Below, piece by piece: positions 1 to 13,434 of a DNA stretch of 64,000 nucleotides. Both the position numbers and the translations under genes were made by a program. Source of the stretch: Octopus sinensis (taxonomy: Eukaryota); contig NC_043011.1 of NCBI RefSeq assembly GCF_006345805.1, forward strand, positions 15,016,464 to 15,080,463. The letters run 5' to 3'. Under the pieces are notes generated by a model, which made no database searches, was not told where the DNA came from, and saw only the letters and a program-made list of their open reading frames with translations. How positions within the stretch are numbered: the first letter of the stretch is position 1; the number at the start of each line of letters is the position of its first letter.

Positions 1-212
1 ATTTCAAATTTTGACGCAAAGCCGGAAATTTCGGGGGAGGAGTAAGTCGATTACATCGACCCCAGTCTTTAACTGGTACTTATTTTATCGACCTCAAAAG
101 ACTGAAAGGTAAAGTCGGCCTCGGAGGAATTTGAACTTAGAACGTAAAGGCAGGCAAAAAGCCGCTAAGCATTTTGCTTGGCGCGCTAAAGATTCTGCCA
201 GCTCGTCACTTT
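1..212 (-). mobile_element. tRNA-derived SINE, family A (older subfamily)
   Basis: Reverse complement of the head/core seen in many copies here (GAGCTGGCAGAA A-box-like, GAGTTCAAATTCC B-box-like, GCCTTTCATCCTTTCGGGGTCGATAAA core). Confidence 0.8.
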
Positions 213-633
213 AGCTCATTCTATATTAATGAAATTTCAATAACTGACACATCGTCAAACCACGCCAAGACTGAGCGTGGCTAAATCTTTAATTTCTAAA
301 ATATACCACAATATTTCCGTATATAAATACATGTCCCAAAATGTATTAACAGTTTCTGCTTTTATGAACTACGGATATTCATATATCAGCCACTTTCCTT
401 TGTGTTTTCGTTACCATAATCAGATGAGAGCTGAGCCACTCGATAAAGAAGATGCTTGCCCATGGAAGATAACTTTCCCAGAGAACACCCACCCTTAGTG
501 GTTAGCCATATTGGGATGGCAAGTATACCACACATTGTCGTGCAGTTACTGTTTATACCTCGTTCAGAGGTTTGTTATTCCTTATAACTTGCATCTATTT
601 CTCACAAATATCTAAAGTGCAATATAAAATAGT

Positions 634-944
634 CACCGTTACCGTCACCGACCAGGCTATCAGATGTTGCTACACATCGCTGGTCACAATGCGCTTCGCA
701 TTGTTTTAGCCTTCAAATGACTCCACCCCGCTGGCTAAGCGAGCAGGCCAACAGAAGAAAGCGTGAGAGAAAGTTGTGGCGAAAGAGTACAGCAGGGATC
801 GCCACGACCCCCTGCAGAAGCCTCGTGGAGGTTTAGGTGTTTTCGCTCAATAAAAAACACTCACAGCGCCTGGTCTGGGAATCGAAACCGCGATCCTACA
901 ACCACGAATCCGCTGCCCTAACCACAGGGCCATTGCGCCTCCAC
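634..944 (-). mobile_element. tRNA-derived SINE family B, tail type a, full length
   Basis: Head GTGGAGGCGCAATGGCCC..GGTTAGGGCAGCGGA..TTTCGATTCCCAGACC; 10-bp TSD ATAAAATAGT at 624-633 and 945-954; same tail as the copy at 60640-60953. Confidence 0.85.
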
Positions 945-1464
945 ATAAAATAGTACCATACGTATATAAGCAATACGACTGGAGCCAGCAGTCTAATCTA
1001 TCGCCAGTGAATGATTTTTGATGTACCAGGTTTTAGATGATGATGAAATTAAGTATCGGCCCTTTCATGCTTTCCCTAAAATTACTAACAAAATGTCTGA
1101 ATTCAAAATACTCACAATAAGGAGAGAAAACTGGGGGCGGAAGTCTCAGCTCTATTCTATAAGTAATTGTTACACTATTTTCATACCGAGGCTATCAACT
1201 ATTTATTAAACATAATTTTGTGAAATAAAAGAGTGAAAAAGCGCTTTTTGTTAAACAATACACAAAGAGTGTGACTGAAAATTTATATTTTCTGAGCAAC
1301 TAGCTGGATGCCATATTTAGAGTACATAGCTCACATATTTCGTGGGATGCGGAATCAATGGCGTGATTACTCCAGAAATTCCTTAGTTAATAAATGTCTG
1401 AGAAATTGCTAGCCGCCTCCAAATACACACGCCCGCGCATATACGCACAAAACACGTGCAGGAC

Positions 1465-2080
<616 letters not shown>

Positions 2081-4879
2081 TTCTAATGTGTAATTCTAAT
2101 TCAATGAAGCTAGAATACGAAAGAAGTGCATAGCCTAAAATGGAAACCATATACAAGAATATATTCATAAATATACGTAATGATTCTCGAAGGATTGAGA
2201 TGAGATAAGAAAGGAAATTGTATTTAAAAATGGCGACTTTGCCAGTGATAAATAAATCTAATCATTGGAGAAGAAAACGATAGAATTAATTATACAAGCG
2301 AAATGTGGGTTCACAGAAATAATGGTTATATATTTCGTGTCGAAGAGAGAGAGAAATAATTAAGATGGTGGAAGAAATATTCAACTAATGACATTTCCAA
2401 TTGTTCAGAGCTATAGGTATTCAGATAATATCGAGTTACCAATTTGTTTGTGTTCGGATATGGAATAAACGGCTGAAAGAAGTAAGTCCAGCGGAAAAAG
2501 ATCTGAAGTAATACCAAATGCAATACATTGATTGGTTATTGGAGATTTTTTTCCATTGAGATTTTTATTGGCATGTTGAAGGAAAAAAGATTTTACTTTC
2601 GATATCTCTTGTCTTGGGAAAAGAATTGAGATCAGAGACGTGACCCAATATATTAGGGAGGGGAAAAGCAAAAAGAAACTATCAACAACCACAAACTAAT
2701 ACACTAGACTAACTAACTGAACTGATTTGAAAGGCAATGAAGTATTCTTGTCTAAAAACATTGGAGCATTTAAACTTCATCGCTCAGCATTCGAATCCTA
2801 TACAGCTGAATTTGCCATCATCTCTCAACAGCGATAAAATAATTACAATAAGCTACTGGAGTCGAGTCAAGCAATTATATTTTATCTTCTGCCATTACTC
2901 ACCGTTTCTTCTCTTGTAGGGGAACTGGAAAAGCTCTTCACTAAATACCAACTGTTATTTAGTTTCACATTTGTCGAGTTTAAATTTTAACAGAACCGAC
3001 TTTGCCTTAAAGAGTTCATAAATTATCAGTCATGAAGTTCAGTCGAATCAGCTGACTATACTCCTTCCTTACAAATCTGAGCCCTTGTGCTGGGCTTGTG
3101 TAATATATCAATATTTTTGATTATCCAGTATACATAGATATCTGCCAATTCTGCATTTACTAAAAGCGTTACTCTATATAGCTTATTTACTTCTCCCGAA
3201 ATAAAATCCATAAATAAAGCAAAATATATGATAAAAATGTATACCCTATACGATGTTAAAGTGTTAAATGTAATGGCACATCAAATTTAAATGCTAAAAA
3301 GGAGCTGAACATTTTACTATGTGTATGATATGACGACGACCGCTACCACCAACTTGATGGGTTCTAAGTTAATAATATTTTCATGCCACATGTTCTTTGA
3401 GTATGAACATCACCGATCTTGTACACTCTAATACTTGTGGAATTGGAAGATTGGCAATGATAGCTGAATAGAATTTTGTAAATATTAACCTCATGTATGC
3501 TACGACCGCTCTACTTTGATCTTTAATTCTGTTCCAACATTTTTCACATTAAACGCACATAAATATGATAAATTTAAAAATAATATATAGGTGTAATGGA
3601 AATATACAATATAAGGAAATGAAAAGTAAAATAAATAGATGCGAAGTGAAAGAATCTCAATGGAAAAGAGGTTAAGCCGTGATGTCACAGGATGAAAGTA
3701 GTGTTATGAAGGAAGATGAGGTTGAAAGTAATAAAAGAGATAACCTTTCATCTACTACTTTCTTGTAACACCGCCCTCTGTGACGAATAGATTAGATAGA
3801 GTCTCAAGGAATGCAAGGATAAACACCTAACATCTGTTTACGTTAGATAGAATACCAGAGCCCGGTAAAAGCATTAATCAAAATGGGAACTTTCCAGAAT
3901 CTGTCATTTCTGAACTGACTTATTGTATTCACAACAGCTGGTAGGCAACAAGAAAGCAGCTGCCGTTCTAATGTATCTTTTAGTTCGGCCCTATCGTGTG
4001 AATAAAACAAATGTTTTGACAGTTCGTAGCCAGGAAGAACATCTACATTTCAGGGTTATTTAAGATATGAAACGTGTTAAGAATCAAGAGTTAAGTGACA
4101 AAGATATTGATTAAAGAAAACTTATTGATATTCTTAAAAACTTTTAAATAATTTCAGACACCTTTTCAAATAGCCATTATAAATTGGACAGAATCGTTCT
4201 TTCTCTCCCCACTTCTCTCCTTCTCAGTTTCTCTCAGATAAATATATAGTTTTACTCCTCTCTGTGAAAGTAAACAATGTGGTTAAACTCTGCAAGTATT
4301 TCTTCTCGCGAGGGAAATAAATCGGATCTATCTCGTTATTTTCTAATTTATTTTGACTTCTATTAAATCAGTGACTTCCAGCCTTTTGCAGTGCACAAAT
4401 ACTCAGGCGCTGCTCAACTGGGCAATCAAATCCCCATAACAGTGCATCCGCTGAAACAGCAGATAATTAATTAACCATTACACGGAATTATAAGAAACGT
4501 TGATACTTTTAGAAGAAGTACAAACATGTATGGTGTAATCACTTAGCTTTTTAAACTTTTCGAAACGAGTCTAAAACTATGTTTACGAAAAAAAAAAAGG
4601 TTTAAAATTTTAAACGAAAGCACTATACTTAGCCGCATTCCCTGTACATGAACTATGATAAAAATTAAACAGACCACTTTAGTTGCATTGTGTGCAATAT
4701 ATGTTATTATAAGCGACTAATCTCTTCGTGGACAATTGAGAGGTATTCTTGCCCTGATGAACGTCGTTTAAGTAGAATCAATCTCACTTCTTGCAACAAA
4801 GAGACAGACACATACTTGTGGTTTAATCACATTGTTCACTTTTCACAGACAGAATAAACATATATATTTACAGTAAACT

Positions 4880-4914
4880 TTACACACACACACACACAGA
4901 CAGACAGACAGACA

Positions 4915-4954
<40 letters not shown>

Positions 4955-4987
4955 AACACACACACGCTCACGCACAGGTGTATCTAT

Positions 4988-5042
<55 letters not shown>

Positions 5043-5260
5043 CCTACCTACCTACCTACCAACCTATCTATCTATCTATCTATCTATCTGTCTATTGCAA
5101 GTGCGGTTTAAAGTTTATGCATCATTACACCGTGCACACGCAGATAGATATGCTATATATGTATGTATATATATATATAATATACATATATATACGGACA
5201 TACATATACATATATATATATATATATACCCACGCACATACATATATATATACTTATATA
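4880..5260. repeat. compound microsatellite (CA)n/(TATC)n/(TA)n
   Basis: Directly visible. Confidence 0.95.
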
Positions 5261-5573
5261 TACTTGGATGATAAAGGTAAAACGAAAGCACTCAATACAT
5301 AAAGTACAGAAAGCAAATATAATTGAGATGAGATTTTATCCCGTCAGTACTCCGAGTTTCATGTTACCGCTTCGTCTCTTTTGTCGTAATAAATGATATA
5401 TCGGAAATTAAGAGTCGTATATCAATACGACAGCCGAAAAGTAGTAACGAAAATTTTGGAGTAATGACGGAATAAGAACTCACTAATAAAAGATATTTCA
5501 TTTATTAGGACAAAAGAGACGATGGCAATTTCAAATTTCGTCCACTCGTGTGTGTGTGTGTGTATATATATAT

Positions 5574-5961
5574 CTTTTACTTGTTTCAGTCATGTGACTG
5601 TGGCCATGCTAGGACATCACCTTGAAGGATTTTAGCCGAACAAATCGACCCTAGTATTCATTTTTTGAAGGGTAGTACTTATTCTACCGGTATGTTTTGT
5701 CGAACCACTAAATTACTGGGTTCTCAAGCGGTGGTAAGGGACAAGCACAAACACCCCCCACACACATATACACATACACACGCACTTATATATATACGAT
5801 AAACTTCTTTCAGTTTCCGTCTACCAAATCCACTTACAAGGCTTTAGTCGGGCGGAGGCTATAGTGAAATACATCTACTGAAGGTGTCACACTGTGGGAC
5901 TGAACCCCCGGAACCACGTGGTTGAAAAGCAAGCGTCTTACCACACAGCCATACCTGCGCC
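5574..5961 (-). mobile_element. tRNA-derived SINE family C (internal microsatellite)
   Basis: Head GGCGCAGG..TGGCTGTGTGGTAAG..GGGTTCAGTCCCAC and tail CAGCATGGCCACAGTC..GACTGAAACAAG match more than 10 other copies in the window. Confidence 0.85.
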
Positions 5962-6654
5962 TATATATATATATATAAAGTAAACAGAAAATGGAGAAAT
6001 ATTAATCAACAACAATTGACATACATCAATTATTATTTTTTAATTCAATACAAATAGACTGCATCCCATCTAACAGCTGTTTCTGCTTCCAATGTTATAT
6101 TCTATTGCCATTGATGTATTCATAATATTTGGTAATGAAACCGACCTGGAACATGGAGCTTCATCAGAGTGAAGAAAAATACATACATAAAAGAAAGAAG
6201 AGCCTAGAGACGAAAAGGAAAGGCTGAATATGCTTAAATCATACCATTTTGCTTATGTGTCTCTTTGGGACGTTGAGTAAATGACTAAACTTAAAATAGT
6301 AATTAGTGGGTTAATTTTTTTCTATGGAGGTGATGGGGTGGATAAGTAACAAAAAAACAGTTAAAATAAAAATTTACAATAACGGGATACGGTTTAGTCA
6401 AAGAGGGAGTGAAGGTACCAGAAATTTTTGAAATAATCATAGTAGTTTCTAATGATTATGTTTATAGTACTAATGAATAGTCTTTATCATAATAAAGTGC
6501 CCAGCAATTAATTTTAATTAGTTACTTACTGTGGTAAAGTCCAACCACTAATGGCCGTAATGGGATTGACCAAGGTCCAGCGTTCGATATAAATGGTTAG
6601 TTAACTTTAAAAACAAATTAAGACCGTTACAGTTAATCCAAACAAGAAAGCACA

Positions 6655-6830
6655 AAAAATACAACAACGCGAGGACGTGGAACAAATATAGTATTATTGG
6701 ACGCCCAGGAAAGAAGGAAAGAAGGAGTGCTTAACGTTTCGAGCGGAGCTCTTCGTCGGAAACATAGAAGGAAAGATCAAGAGAAGGGAAGACAGGGGGA
6801 AAAAATCGCCAACGGTACACACGAGGTGGG
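6655..6830 (-). mobile_element. Penelope-like pLTR fragment carrying a hammerhead
   Basis: Homologous to 48660-48860 in the opposite orientation; contains the hammerhead at 6728-6764. PLE assignment inferred from the known PLE-hammerhead association. Confidence 0.55.
6728..6764 (-). ncRNA. minimal type I hammerhead ribozyme motif (CCGACGA core variant)
   Basis: Minus strand UGUUU-CCGACGA-A-GAGC(UCC)GCUC-GAAAC-GUU^AAGCA; 5-bp stem I (one G.U), 4-bp stem II, self-complementary AC/GU stem III. Confidence 0.7.
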
Positions 6831-7434
6831 TTGGTATAAATAATAAATAAATAAATAAATAAAAGTATGGAAAAATGGTATATGTTGTAAGCGACTCAAA
6901 AACGCTTAGGACATTGAATATAAAACAAAAAAAAAAGACATGTAAACAAGTACAATGCGAAGTAATGAACAATGCCAGTAGTATCATTAAAATACAGAGG
7001 TATCTATTTGGACAATTAAGAATAAAAGAAGTTGGAGGGGCGGGGTCCAAAAGCTATATAAAATAGGAGTGTGAAATGAGTAGACAATGAAGAGAATTTA
7101 TTCCGTAGGAAAAGAATTAGGGAGGGTGACGAAGATGATAATTACGGTTAAGGGAAGGTAATGACTAGAGAAGTGACCTAAATTGGGAGATCATAATACA
7201 GACGGCAGCTTTTGAACTAACATCCACAGCACCTAAGCAGTGAGCTGACGAGACGATCAAACAGTTAATTGGCTAAACGTTCCCTAATTCACTCAGCCTA
7301 GTGGTCATATGAATAAGTATAAATCCCTAAATTAATTAAATGGTTACAAAGGTAATTACTTGCTAATTATTATTATTGTTATAGATGCAAGCTCATACTA
7401 CAGTTTGCTTAGTCATACTTAATGTATATTATTA

Positions 7435-7460
7435 TATTTTTATCATCATCATCATCATCA

Positions 7461-7512
<52 letters not shown>

Positions 7513-7526
7513 CATTATTATTATTA

Positions 7527-7581
<55 letters not shown>

Positions 7582-7607
7582 CATCATCATTATTATTATT
7601 ATTATTA

Positions 7608-7696
<89 letters not shown>

Positions 7697-7974
7697 TATG
7701 TTTCACTTTTGCTTTATATTTGTACAAGTTGGCTCCAAGTCTCACCCAGAGACCTCAAGAGACAACAGGTTGGAAGTTCATGTTGTTGTTATGCCTAGTG
7801 TGCCATATATTTGGTTCTGTATTTAGTGTTGTACTAGTGAATGTCTAAGAAAAAAAGCATACGGAAATTATGTTTGTTTTAAAACTTGAGATTACACAGA
7901 AAGTATTTTGCGTAGGATATGAGCAGTTCCCATGGGCACTATCTTTTGAATTTCTGCCATTTTTGGGTTTCCTG

Positions 7975-8027
<53 letters not shown>

Positions 8028-8056
8028 TGTCATTATTATTATTATTATTATCATTA

Positions 8057-8088
<32 letters not shown>

Positions 8089-8106
8089 TATTATTATTAT
8101 TTGTCA

Positions 8107-8137
<31 letters not shown>

Positions 8138-8169
8138 TATATTATTATATTATTATATTATTATTATTG

Positions 8170-8205
<36 letters not shown>

Positions 8206-8250
8206 TATTATATTATTATTATTATTATTATTACAATTATTATTATTGAG
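7435..8250. repeat. (ATT)n microsatellite arrays hosting retroelement insertions
   Basis: Directly visible; interrupted at 7696-7977. Confidence 0.95.
7696..7977 (-). mobile_element. 5'-truncated R4/Dong-clade LINE 3' end in (TAA)n
   Basis: Minus strand 7977-7892 encodes PGNPKMAEIQKIVPMGTAHILRKILSV*, resembling the IQKxxLxGTAxILRKxL C-terminus of R4/Dong REL elements; 3'UTR runs into (AAT)n; second copy at 34561-34765. Confidence 0.7.
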
Positions 8251-8799
8251 TGAGAGAGCAGTGCATGCCATCAAAGTGACACTGGGGTAAAATATACGAA
8301 GCCCAATATACCCATCATGACTACCCGTCTGATAAAGGTACACCAGGCACATGCATCACAACCATATGTGCGCGACATGGTGATCTCATATCAAGATAAA
8401 CAGCACATGACCTTGCAGGTGGGGCCCAGTTAGAATTTTCTTCAGGTTGAGTAGCCCATCCCGCTCAAAAGGTCTCTGAATAAGGGTTGTTTAAGGATGT
8501 TGAAAGAACCACCCATGTTTCCAGAGGTGAATTATTCAAACCCCAAAGAATCCCTCTCAACACATGGCTATGATGCTCCCTCACTACTTCTGCTCGTGAT
8601 CAGAGATGCACATATCGTCAGCCACTAAGGGACATGCTCAACTGGTTAAGGTCAAACAACTGACAAGCAAATCTGTGGTATTGAGCAGAATATTTGCTGT
8701 AGCCCATCTTTTATACCAAGACAAAACAATGTACATGATAACACTTCCAATCAGTTAAGATCAGAAGCCATGAGAGCCACTGCCTGGTACTGCATCAGG
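8249..8799 (-). mobile_element. unclassified ~550-bp interspersed element embedded in (TAA)n
   Basis: Complex sequence bounded on both sides by (ATT)n, no ORF; single copy here, family status from recollection only. Confidence 0.5.
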
Positions 8800-8823
8800 T
8801 ATTATTATTATTATTATCATTAC

Positions 8824-8922
<99 letters not shown>

Positions 8923-9270
8923 CTATTGTCATTATTATTATTATTATATCAACCCATTCTTGGGTGCATATTTATGGGAGCTTCCACAATTGTCCTTCCA
9001 TGCATTTATTAATACACCTAACAATAATAATGGCTCGTGGAAAAGCGCTAACTGCAATAGAATGTACATTGTAATTCCTTACGTGCAAACTTCGTAAGCT
9101 ACACATGCGTAATTTCTTTTTATATATATGTTTATATCCCTTTGCTGCTTGAGATTGGATAGGACAGTTGTGCTGATGGCGCATATTGAAGCAGAAATAC
9201 GTGTCCAAGACTGTACTCTTATCTGCAGACAATAAACCTGCTTTTCTCTTTAATGGTATGTGAAATTTAT

Positions 9271-9690
9271 AAGGCGGTGAGCTGGTAGAAACGTTAGCGC
9301 ACCGGGCGAAATGCATAGCGGTATTTCGTCTGCCGCTACCTTCTCAGTTCAAATTCCGCCGAGGTCGACTTTGCCTTTCATCCTTTCGGGGTCGATTAAA
9401 TAAGTACCATTTATGCACTGGAGTCGATGTAGTCGACTTAATCCGTGTGTCTGTCCTTGTTTGTCCCCTCTGTGTTTAGCCCCTTGTGGGTTGTAAAGAA
9501 ATAGGTAGTTCGTCTGCTATTACGCTCTGAGTTCAAATTCCGCCGAGGTCGACTTTGCCTTTCATCCGTTCGGGGTCGATAAATTAAGTACCAGTTACGC
9601 ACTGGGGTCAATATAATCGACTTAATCCGTTTGTCTGTCCTCGTTTGTCCTCTTTGTGTTTAGCCCCTTGTGGGTAGTAAAGAAATAGGT
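9271..9690 (+). mobile_element. SINE family A, full copy plus head-to-tail 5'-truncated second copy
   Basis: AAGGCGGTGAGCTGGTAGAA head at 9271; second unit restarts at ~9504 after GAAATAGGTA and repeats the core and tail. Confidence 0.85.
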
Positions 9691-10552
9691 ATGTGAAATT
9701 GAGATGTCTGTGTGTGTATGTGTGTGCGTGTGTGAGTGCGTGACTGTATGTGTGTGTGTATTCGTGTGTGTATATGCGTGTGTGCGCGTGAGGTGTTTGT
9801 ACGAAATGGATGTATATGTGTTTGTAACTTTTGGCAATGTATGTAGGCGAAAGATAAAAAAAATATCAGCGAAGAAAGATATGAACTAGTGTATTACATC
9901 GAATCCGCTTGTTCCGTTCGAATTGTACTTACAATCCGGTGTTATTCTCGCCTTTCTCCTGTCAATAAACCCGTAATGTGGTGCGTTAGAATCTTTAATC
10001 AACTGTTATTTACAAATTGCGATACCCTTGAAGAAAACATCATTTAGAAATCATATGTTGCAAAATCATAAGCTCTCCTATTTTAATATATTTGCCTCGC
10101 AACCACGCCTCGGAACTCGCGAGGAAGTCTCCTCTACTACATTTGGTGTTGCTAATGTCTGGAGAGTAAAATTTGGTAGACGAACGAGTTTGTTTAAACA
10201 TATACGCAATACATACTCGACAAACTGGCCGACCTACCTACCTATTTACCGACCTCTTGCTTATCTACCTACCTATGTTTTTACACATAGAGATGCAGAT
10301 AACATACATTAATTTTATGCATGCTTATATACTTACATATATGCATAAATTCAAATGCTGTGTGATTTCAAATAACCACGTTACCAATTTCCGTCCATTC
10401 GGGAGTGATAAATAAAATACAAGACCTGTGGTACGGTCGGCACTTTTCTCGCTTTGTATTTTTCTCACCCATTTGTCTCTCTCTCTCTCTCTCTCTTACT
10501 CACTCTTTTGTCTTTCTCTCACTCACTCTTTTGTCTCTCTCCTACCGTCAAG

Positions 10553-10672
10553 ATCAACTGATGCCAGACACGGTGCGAGATGGATTCCATCAGATCAAAA
10601 TGGCCTCAAGACATGGCGTCTGTCATGACAGCTCACCTATTACCGTATCAGAATTTGAAAAACAACAGAAGG
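10553..10672 (+). CDS. candidate internal coding exon (120 nt, phase 1-1), product unknown
   Basis: Pyrimidine tract + AG at 10551-52, GT at 10673; only one frame is open (xDQLMPDTVRDGFHQIKMASRHGVCHDSSPITVSEFEKQQK); no recognised homology. Confidence 0.35.
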
Positions 10673-11329
10673 GTATACGTACATACATACATACATACAT
10701 ATATATACATACATACATACATACATACATACATACATACATACATACATACATACATACATACTACATACATACATGTACATCTCTTTCTTTTTTTATA
10801 GCCCAAAATCGGCGAATGTAACTTCGCTTCCTCCTACCATAAAGTTAACTTAACCATTTCACGAATAGAAATTTATTAAAATAAGTAATCGACTGAAACT
10901 AAAACCCTTGAAGGTTTTGCGCCAACATGGCTGTAGTTCAATAACTGAAACTAGTAACAGTACAAGAAAATAAGTCATTAAGTTCTGAATTATGTTATTG
11001 AAGCAATAACCTCACAGCAACCTCACTTAAAGCTCTCTGGTTACATAAATATATTACACATACCTTCTAGACCGTTGCGAAAGCGTAGATTCCACACTGC
11101 GCCATCGAGTTCTTCTGTATTAGCAAATTGCGATGTCATATCGATCCGTCCTACTGTCCATTAGATAAAGTATCAGCCGTGTTAATATTTTATTAAAGCC
11201 GTGAAACGTCATAGATGAAAAGAAATTAAGATGGTGTTAATGCTAACAATAAGGCACCTCTTCTATATATTTCTCCCAAATTAGCAATACGATCGGCTGA
11301 CTAAACCTTTGCCCTTTCTCTGAAAATTG

Positions 11330-11520
11330 CTAACTACACACACGCACACACACGCGCGCACATACACACGCACACGCACACCTGTATGTGTATTTGTGTG
11401 TTTGTTTAAACATATACGTAATACATACATGCATACATACGTACGTACGTACCTACCTACATACATACGTGCATGCAGGCAGGCATATATACATACATAC
11501 ACACATACATACATACATAC

Positions 11521-11551
<31 letters not shown>

Positions 11552-11895
11552 CATACCTACATACATACCTACATACATATATACCTACATACATATATAC
11601 ATACCTATATGCATACATACATACATAGATACATGCATACATATATACATACATACGTACATACGTACATACATACATACGTACATACATACACACATGC
11701 AACCATACATACATACATACATACATATATACATACTTACATACATATATACATACATACCTACATATATACCTACATACATATATACATACATACATAC
11801 ATACGTACGTACGTACGTACATACATACATACATACATACATACGCACATACATACATACATACATACATACATACATACATACATACATACATG
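11330..11895. repeat. (CATA)n-dominated microsatellite
   Basis: Directly visible; source of the YIHT/CMYV ORFs. Confidence 0.95.
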
Positions 11896-12306
11896 CAAAA
11901 CATCAATGGCTGCTACCAATTACACCAAAAGGACTATAAACAAGCTTAACTAGAGAATATCACACATAAACGTTGTTTTTGCTGCTTAACAAGCTTAATC
12001 TGCTCCCTCCTTTCATGTAGAAAGAGAATTTTACAGTTTAACAGCTATTTAACCACAATCAGATAGGTTAGCCCAATTACCGTCTCACATAGTCGACCAC
12101 CACACCGAAATTCTTTTATGTTTACAACTTAGAATAATCCCAGAATATAAATACTTATTAGCCATAACGTAAGCGGTTGATATTCAAGTATAAATTTTAT
12201 ATTTATATAAGACATCAAATTGTGTAGTCTAATGCTATGATATAACACAGATAACCACACTCGCATCTACGCATGTAGGCATATGTATAGGCAACGTATG
12301 TACGTA

Positions 12307-12620
12307 TTGTGGAGGCACATGGCCTTGTGGTTAGAGCAGCGGAGTCGCGGTCGAGGGATCGCGGGTTCGAATCTCAGACCGGGCAATGTGTGTGTTTATG
12401 AGTGAAAACACCTAAGCTCCACGCGGCTCCGGCAGAAGGTAATGGCGAAACTTCTGCTGACTCTTTCGCCCCAACTTTCTCTCACTCTTTCCTCCTGCAC
12501 CTTGCAGTTCACCTGCGACGGACCGGCGCCCCGTCCAGATGGGGAATCTATACGCCAAGGAAACAGGGAAACCGGCCCTTATGAGTCAGGCATGGCTCGA
12601 GAAGGAACAAACAACAACAA
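12307..12620 (+). mobile_element. SINE family B, tail type d ending in (CAA)n
   Basis: Family B head; 15-bp TSD CAACGTA(T/A)GTACGTA at 12292-12306 and 12621-12635 with 1 mismatch. Confidence 0.85.
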
Positions 12621-13094
12621 CAACGTAAGTACGTACACACACAAACACACACACACATAGACACACATGTATATATGCAGTCATGTGTGAGTGTATATGT
12701 ATGTGCATTAGTAGTGTATATTAGAAAATATACGTTAAATTTGATGATGTCAGACAGCTATTTCTATTACCTATGCTGAGGAAAATAAACAAATGTGAAA
12801 ACGTTTTGTTATTTTTTATGTCCACGGAAAAAATAGATTTTCCTGACGTATTTCATAACTGTTCTGTCTTCAAAGTTGCTTCTTTTACAATCTCTATTTA
12901 AATTATTCACAAATTAGTATTCCGAGGCCATGGATAGACTAATTTGCGTTTTCGACATGAGTCATAGGTATCAAGTATTTAATGAATATTTTTTTTCATA
13001 ATCAGCATTTCTTTGAAAACCGAAGATAAACTTAATATACACTATTTACATTATTTAAATTTGACGGATATTTGTCCCCATCTTGTTTGTTGTT

Positions 13095-13140
13095 AACACA
13101 ACGTTTCGGCTGATATAGCCTCCAGCCTTCATCAGGTATT
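13095..13140 (-). ncRNA. minimal type I hammerhead ribozyme motif, canonical core
   Basis: Minus strand AAUAC-CUGAUGA-A-GGCUG(10 nt)CAGCC-GAAAC-GUU^GUGUU; 5-bp stem I (one wobble), 5-bp stem II; next to (ATT)n. Confidence 0.8.
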
Positions 13141-13177
13141 CTGGTTTCTCATTCCTAAGGTATTTTTCGATGTTGAT

Positions 13178-13208
<31 letters not shown>

Positions 13209-13220
13209 TTATTATTATTT

Positions 13221-13251
<31 letters not shown>

Positions 13252-13253
13252 CA

Positions 13254-13284
<31 letters not shown>

Positions 13285-13301
13285 CATTATTATTATTATT
13301 A

Positions 13302-13360
<59 letters not shown>

Positions 13361-13364
<4 letters not shown>

Positions 13365-13434
13365 TCACTGCCTGGAATCGAACTCGGAATCTAGGGGTTA
13401 GTAGCCCGCGCTTTTAACCACTACGCTATATGCC
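13361..13434 (-). mobile_element. short tRNA-derived SINE / tRNA pseudogene with (TAA)n tail
   Basis: GGCATATAGCGTAGTGGTTAA..GAGTTCGATTCCAGGCAG has A/B boxes, but the cloverleaf is imperfect and it runs into (AAT)n. Confidence 0.65.

Noticed and set aside
3682-3944. Protein-like stretch MSQDESSVMKEDEVESNKRDN...
   Set aside because: It needs a frameshift and a read-through stop, has no recognisable homology and lacks good splice signals.
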